Shown here piece after piece: positions 27,656 to 32,000 of a DNA stretch of 32,000 nucleotides (position 1 is the first letter of the stretch; each line of letters begins with the position of its first letter). The DNA lies in assembly GCF_016909015.1 (NCBI RefSeq), contig NZ_JAFBFA010000004.1, positions 169,879 through 201,878 on the forward strand. Direction: 5' to 3'. The notes under the pieces were generated by a model, which was not told where the DNA came from, did no database searches, and saw only the letters and a list, made by a program, of their open reading frames with translations. Made by a program: the position numbers and the translations under genes. Source of the stretch: Gracilibacillus alcaliphilus (GTDB lineage: Bacteria > Bacillota > Bacilli > Bacillales > Amphibacillaceae).

Positions 27656-29722
27656 TTACGCCATACCCATGCCGCCAAATTGCTGCATCATATAAGCCAT
27701 TTGATTATTTGCTTGCTGCATGGCGGTCTCCATCGCTGTAAATTGCTTCCAGTAACGCTGTTCCACTTGGTCTAATCTTCTTTGAAAAGCTTCAATTCGT
27801 TTCTCCATATCAGATAAATTACGTCCAATGGTAAATTGGTTATCCGTATAAGAAGCTCGCCCGGCTCGTTCGTAGATGCGGTCCATTGATTGGTTAACCG
27901 AATCCGTTAAACGACGAGCAATCCCCTGCCCTTCATAACTGGTCCCATCACCGCGGAAAAGATTTTCCACTGCAGTCGGATCTTCTTCAATGGCTTGCTT
28001 TAACTTTGCTTCATCAATCTCTAATTTACCGCCATCCATATAATCTCTAGTTGTAGTAATACCTATCTGTACGAGCTGGCTAAAAGCAGATCCTTCTGCT
28101 CCGCTTACTGGTGAATAGAAATCACGCCGCATCTGTGTCAACACATCCTGCAATAACGGATCCCGGCGAAGCAGACCACTTTTCGCCATCTCTTCCCATT
28201 CTTCCAGTTGTTTATCAGATAAAGATTCCCGTTCTTCTTCGGTTGGTGCCTCATAATCACGATGGAACGGTTCATTTATTTTTGTGTTAATCGCCTCAAT
28301 TAACGTGTTGTAGGTATCGACAAATTCTTTAATCCGGTCAAATACTGCTTCTGAGTCATTGGTAACATTTACGGTTACTGCTCCATCTGTTTCCGTAAAT
28401 GTCTGTTTTAACTGGAAAGTAACACCATCCATTTGAAAATTGTTGGTTGTCCGTTCTGTTGATAAGCCATTAATTGTAAATTTGGCATTTTGACCTGCTT
28501 GCATATTGGTTTCACCAAAGCGCAGTGTTTCATTCAAAAAAGCACCTTTTAAACGGATATCTTCTCCATTGTCAGCAAATATACCTGTCTCCGTACGCCG
28601 CATGGAAAGCTGGTTAGTAAAAGAATCAAAGGTAAGCGAAACACCTACATCGGCATTGTTCACACGGCTGACCACCTGATTTAATGAATCACTGCCTCGA
28701 ATAATAAAGTTTTGATAGGTTTCACCCTTGGAGGTGTTCGCACCAATACCAAAACTGGCATAGTTCTGCTGATAGTTTGCTTCGATAGTTGTCTCTTTCG
28801 CTAATGGCTCCTGAAACGTCACTCTGCCTGTGCTAACATTGACATTTCCAATCACATTTGACTCATTGCCATCTTCCACCAGCTGATAAACCCCATCATT
28901 TTCGCTGGAAGCTAAGAGTTTATAGGTAGTTGGCTCACCATCTTCGTTCGCAGGTGTAATCGTTAAGCTAAAATCATCAGCCACAATTGATTGACCTGAC
29001 AAATTAATAGAGGTTGTTTCATCTGCAGTTAATGTCCGTTTATCCTGATTACGTCCAGTGGAAGCATATTCAATATGAACAGAGTCTCTCTCCTTAACTG
29101 CACCATCCGCAAATTTTATTTCATTACCCTCTAATAGCACCTGATTTGATTTTAACTCGCTTGAGTCAATACCAGTCACCACTTCGTAGCCTTTGCCATT
29201 TAATCGCACATTAACAGAGTCCACATCAATATTTCCATCCGTTTCTAAAGTAAAGGATTGATTATTAGCTGTAGCAAGTTGTGAACTGCTGTGAATGGCC
29301 CCTTGCTTCCATTCCATACCCTCTGTGAAATTCTGATTAATTAAGGATTTACTTGCATCAAAGTCCTTATCGGCAACCGCCCCACCATTAATCCAAGACG
29401 CTGATTTAGCCAATTGACTTACTTCGGAAATTTCAAAGGAAGATTGGCTTGCTGCACTGTTTGCTATTGCAGATATGAAAGCTTCATTGGTAGATGATGT
29501 TTGACGGGCACGATATGTACTTGGTCTCGTCATTTCTGCTAGTTTATTACGAAAGTCCAACAATAAAGTATTCATGGAGCGGTAATCATCACGTTTCCAC
29601 TCCAAGGCTTTCTTTTGTTGTTCCAAGCGTTGAAGCGGCATACTCTCGGCTCTCATTAAATCCTTTACCATTTGCTCAATATCCATCCCACTGGCAAGAC
29701 CGGTAATTCTCATCTCGTTCAC
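27656..29722 (-). CDS. fliD: Flagellar filament capping protein FliD (hook-associated protein 2)
   Basis: 688 aa. N-terminus RITGLASGMDIEQMVKDLMRAESMPL and the C-terminal coiled coil (MEKRIEAFQRRLDQVEQRYWKQFTAMETAMQQ) are canonical FliD termini. The central region is long. Confidence 0.92.
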   Translation of the reverse strand: MNEMRITGLASGMDIEQMVKDLMRAESMPLQRLEQQKKALEWKRDDYRSMNTLLLDFRNKLAEMTRPSTYRARQTSSTNEAFISAIANSAASQSSFEISEVSQLAKSASWINGGAVADKDFDASKSLINQNFTEGMEWKQGAIHSSSQLATANNQSFTLETDGNIDVDSVNVRLNGKGYEVVTGIDSSELKSNQVLLEGNEIKFADGAVKERDSVHIEYASTGRNQDKRTLTADETTSINLSGQSIVADDFSLTITPANEDGEPTTYKLLASSENDGVYQLVEDGNESNVIGNVNVSTGRVTFQEPLAKETTIEANYQQNYASFGIGANTSKGETYQNFIIRGSDSLNQVVSRVNNADVGVSLTFDSFTNQLSMRRTETGIFADNGEDIRLKGAFLNETLRFGETNMQAGQNAKFTINGLSTERTTNNFQMDGVTFQLKQTFTETDGAVTVNVTNDSEAVFDRIKEFVDTYNTLIEAINTKINEPFHRDYEAPTEEERESLSDKQLEEWEEMAKSGLLRRDPLLQDVLTQMRRDFYSPVSGAEGSAFSQLVQIGITTTRDYMDGGKLEIDEAKLKQAIEEDPTAVENLFRGDGTSYEGQGIARRLTDSVNQSMDRIYERAGRASYTDNQFTIGRNLSDMEKRIEAFQRRLDQVEQRYWKQFTAMETAMQQANNQMAYMMQQFGGMGMA

Positions 29723-29747
29723 GTCCTTTTTTGTCTATTTAAGTGCG

Positions 29748-30070
29748 TGTTCAAAAAGTTCGATAAAAAGGGCCATAATCGGTTAGGTTCGCAACGTCCT
29801 GGGACTGCGGTTACTCGCCCCACCGAAACCATTTGTTGCAACACCGATACTAGCACATCGTGTGCGTCGAAAGTTCAAGGCGGCGCAGCCTTTGAGCAAC
29901 CGATCTTGCACGCAGAAAAAGTGACCTTCTTTTTCAAGAAGATGGTCTTGCACGCCGGAAAAGCGATCTTCTTTTCCAAGGAACGGAGCGTATACTTTTA
30001 ATACGTGAGTAGCGGAAAAGCAAGCCAACGCAGAAATTCGCCGTGTCATTTTTATTGGACTTTTTGAACA
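29748..30070. repeat. 323-bp GC-rich non-coding element bounded by 22-nt imperfect terminal inverted repeats (MITE-like candidate or structured fliD leader)
   Basis: TGTTCAAAAAGTtcgATAAAAA (29748-29769) and TTTTTATtggACTTTTTGAACA (30049-30070) are reverse complements at 19/22 positions. The interior is about 50% GC by hand count, against AT-rich flanks. There is no SD-preceded ORF. Confidence 0.45.
29905..29980. repeat. Two tandem 34-nt hairpin modules (period 42 nt)
   Basis: CTTGCACGCAGAAAAAGTGACCTTCTTTTTCAAG (29905-29938) and CTTGCACGCCGGAAAAGCGATCTTCTTTTCCAAG (29947-29980) are 29/34 identical. Each forms a 7-bp stem with a 7-nt loop. Confidence 0.8.
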
Positions 30071-30173
30071 ACCTCTTTAACTGTATTATCGGATGCCCAG
30101 ATAAAATGTGAAGGATTAATCGCGAGAAAATTAAATCACAGATCGCAGGTGCTATTTGTTTGTATATCTGTAT

Positions 30174-31466
30174 CTATTTCTGCTGCCATTTCTGCCACAG
30201 TTGGTCAATTTGCTGCTTTTCATCACTGGTGAAGGTTTTGCCTCCGTAACGAATATCATCATACCATTCTTGTAATTGCTGTTTCGTTAATTGGTTTTCT
30301 GACCGTTCTAATACCTCATGTGCCGTTAAAGCATGGTGCCACTTTTCCTCTTGTTTAACCTCGTTTGCTACATAAAGATACAGTCTTCTTACCCTTTCTT
30401 CTGCAGTCTTTGGCTGGTGTGATGTTTTCCTTGTAAAGGTACGTACCCACTTATCCTTTTGTTCTTTGCGCCATTTGCGCCAGTCAAATAGATTTTCTTT
30501 CGTATCTTCATAATCCATTGTTGTTTGCTGATGTCCATTTCGGATAAACACCTGTTTTATCGCTCTCCAAAGTGCCGCCCCAATCCGTTTCAGTAAACGG
30601 CGGAATTTCTTAAACAACAGAGCGATAACAAATGCAACACCTGCTATTAATAAGATAATCACGAATATTTGCATCAGCAATTCGGTCCATTCTGCAAAGG
30701 CAGATTTTTCTTGTGCCGGTTCATCAGGAAACATCGACGGTGCCTGAACCGGCGGCTCTTCTGCAGGTCCACTCTCGCTCGAAAACAGTGATCCTAACCA
30801 AATAAAGAACTGAATAATCCCCCTGACCATGTGATATAGCGAGGACTGCACAACTTGGAAGTTCGTAATCACTAGAACAATTGCCAATGTCAGCAGCAGA
30901 TAGCCTCGATTTAAGGTAGTCATTCCTTTCGATAGCTTCTGTTTCCCCTTTGATAATGACTCTTTTTGCAAATGATTCTGATTAGTTACGAACAGCAACA
31001 TCACGATAAAGATCAAACCGGCTGTACTAAGCCAAGACAGATAAGGTTGTAATTTTTCCAGAAAGTAAAAAAACAGGTAGCCAATAAAATAACTTGGTAA
31101 CGATACTGCCCACATCACCATACTCGGCAGTAATTGACCCCAATCTGCATAGGCATATTGAATCCCGCGATAACCTACTACTGACAAGATAAGTATGACA
31201 GGAACGATGATCCAAATCGAAGTGGTGATCAACCAACCGGTCAACAATATAACACCAGCTGTAAGTATCAAAGTCCATGCAGGGTAACGACTCAAACTAG
31301 CCAGTAAATAACTCAATAAAAACACAACTGCTATACCAATCAACCAATAATAGATACTTGTATCGGAAAACATAAAGATGCCAATTAATAAAAAAATCGG
31401 AAAGAAACATAAGCCCTCCATGAGAAGACGCCAGAAAATAGCAAATGATGTCCGTTGTTTACTCAT
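30174..31466 (-). CDS. Polytopic membrane protein with C-terminal DUF4129-like domain
   Basis: 430 aa. About 7 N-terminal TM helices, a Pro/Glu-rich linker, one more TM helix and a cytoplasmic tail (LTAHEVLERS...WYDDIRYGGKTF) resembling DUF4129. Its ATG overlaps the stop of the upstream DUF58 gene (ATGA). Confidence 0.65.
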   Translation of the reverse strand: MSKQRTSFAIFWRLLMEGLCFFPIFLLIGIFMFSDTSIYYWLIGIAVVFLLSYLLASLSRYPAWTLILTAGVILLTGWLITTSIWIIVPVILILSVVGYRGIQYAYADWGQLLPSMVMWAVSLPSYFIGYLFFYFLEKLQPYLSWLSTAGLIFIVMLLFVTNQNHLQKESLSKGKQKLSKGMTTLNRGYLLLTLAIVLVITNFQVVQSSLYHMVRGIIQFFIWLGSLFSSESGPAEEPPVQAPSMFPDEPAQEKSAFAEWTELLMQIFVIILLIAGVAFVIALLFKKFRRLLKRIGAALWRAIKQVFIRNGHQQTTMDYEDTKENLFDWRKWRKEQKDKWVRTFTRKTSHQPKTAEERVRRLYLYVANEVKQEEKWHHALTAHEVLERSENQLTKQQLQEWYDDIRYGGKTFTSDEKQQIDQLWQKWQQK

Positions 31467-32000
31467 CAGCTTGTCCCCCCGCTTTCTTCAATTGGGATTT
31501 CTACAACTTCCACCGCGTTACCTAGTTGTTCAAGAGCAGCAATCTGCCGGTGTACCTTCTCGGTTACTTGCACCGTAAAAATAAGAATATCATGTTTCGT
31601 TAATCCAGCCTCGACATCTTCTTGTAAGAAGGCACGAAAATTACGGCTGCGGTCGATCTTCAATTTGGCGATGGCATCCAATAAATAATCCCATTGCTGC
31701 CCACTGCTAGACGCCTCCACACGTACAGATGGCTTAATGCGGTCAATGGAATTTGTAAATGGTTCAACAAAGTAACCATTACAGCCAAAACCTGTAGCAA
31801 TGCCGTTTGCCAGTGTATATTGTGCCAGCGAGGCCGCATAGGCTAACGCCTTCTCTATGGCCTCTGGATACTCCACTGGCAAACGGATATCTTCATTGGT
31901 GTCAAAGTTCACATAAATCAACAGGTGATGGTCGGCCGTATAATCTTTTTTGTTTACTTGCAATTGCTGTGTTCTGGCTGTAGCATGCCAATTAATTGAT
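31466..32000 (-). CDS. DUF58 family protein (vWA-like, MoxR-associated), 5'-truncated by the window edge
   Basis: The reading frame stays open to nt 32000 (..SINWHATARTQQLQVNKKDY..). This resembles the DUF58 IDWKATAR motif region and is followed by a vWA-like C-terminal part. The TTG at 31963 in the ORF track is probably internal. Confidence 0.7.
   Translation of the reverse strand, partial: SINWHATARTQQLQVNKKDYTADHHLLIYVNFDTNEDIRLPVEYPEAIEKALAYAASLAQYTLANGIATGFGCNGYFVEPFTNSIDRIKPSVRVEASSSGQQWDYLLDAIAKLKIDRSRNFRAFLQEDVEAGLTKHDILIFTVQVTEKVHRQIAALEQLGNAVEVVEIPIEESGGTS

Noticed and set aside
29780-29900. Possible c-di-GMP (GEMM) or other riboswitch in the fliD leader
   Set aside because: Minus-strand fragments such as GACGCACA and CAAAGGCTGCGCC recall GEMM-I. 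I could not lay out the conserved P1/P2/P3 architecture, the GNRA tetraloop or its receptor, or the ACGCAAAGCC core. The resemblance is too weak without a covariance-model search.
29672-30049. 88-aa minus-strand ORF (29783-30049) and 109-aa plus-strand ORF (29672-30001) upstream of fliD
   Set aside because: They overlap each other inside the GC-rich TIR element. Neither has a properly spaced SD; the nearest AAAGAGG is ~22 nt from the minus-strand ATG. Their Cys/Arg-rich sequences with 14-aa pseudo-repeats are simply translations of the tandem hairpin modules. I treat the region as non-coding.
30086-30092. Sigma-D promoter for fliD (CCGATAA on the minus strand)
   Set aside because: Only the -10 half is present; no TAAA-like -35 lies at the required ~15-nt spacing. 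It is mentioned in the finding but is too weak to list as a feature.
1-32000. CRISPR arrays, tRNA/rRNA genes, transposase/integrase/recombinase ORFs, and toxin-antitoxin or restriction-modification pairs
   Set aside because: I looked for regularly spaced direct repeats, T-loop and anticodon-arm patterns and mobile-element enzymes in the ORF track, and found none. Apart from the TIR element, the window shows no hallmark of an accessory or defence island.

Overview
This 32-kb segment is mostly housekeeping and mostly on the minus strand. It comes from a low-GC, Bacillaceae-type Firmicute; the taxon is inferred only from protein similarity and gene order. Gene order follows the B. subtilis 168 hpf-secA-prfB / ftsEX / ctpB-minJ / uvrBA neighbourhood.

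Genes, left to right:
- NCS2 nucleobase permease (+)
- yvlD/yvlC-like small membrane proteins
- yojF-bshB2
- uvrA, uvrB (with a LexA/Cheo box)
- prfC
- a SWIM-SNF2 helicase (+)
- minJ-like PDZ membrane protein
- S41 C-terminal processing protease
- coiled-coil M23 peptidase
- ftsX, ftsE
- prfB (classic +1 frameshift)
- secA, hpf
- late flagellar genes fliT, fliS, flaG, a yjfB-like gene and fliD
- a DUF4129 membrane protein and a 5'-truncated DUF58 protein

Several ORF-track starts are over-extended. I re-set them using Shine-Dalgarno (SD) spacing and N-terminal homology.

I found no CRISPR array, tRNA/rRNA gene, transposase or integrase, and no convincing multi-gene novel system. The unexplained signals are all non-coding:
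1. A 323-bp, roughly 50% GC element bounded by 22-nt terminal inverted repeats (TIRs), 26 bp upstream of fliD. It contains two tandem hairpin modules that differ by a compensatory base-pair swap.
2. A promoter-plus-terminator unit between hpf and secA that could encode a ~66-nt sRNA with C/U-rich, anti-SD-like motifs.
3. A ~0.8-kb AT-rich, ORF-free interval between prfB and ftsE.
4. A perfect 15-bp palindrome between a sigma-B-like promoter and the hpf ribosome binding site.
5. A structured ~280-nt spacer upstream of the pspC-like gene.

All promoter, terminator and RNA calls were made by eye and need computation or experiment.
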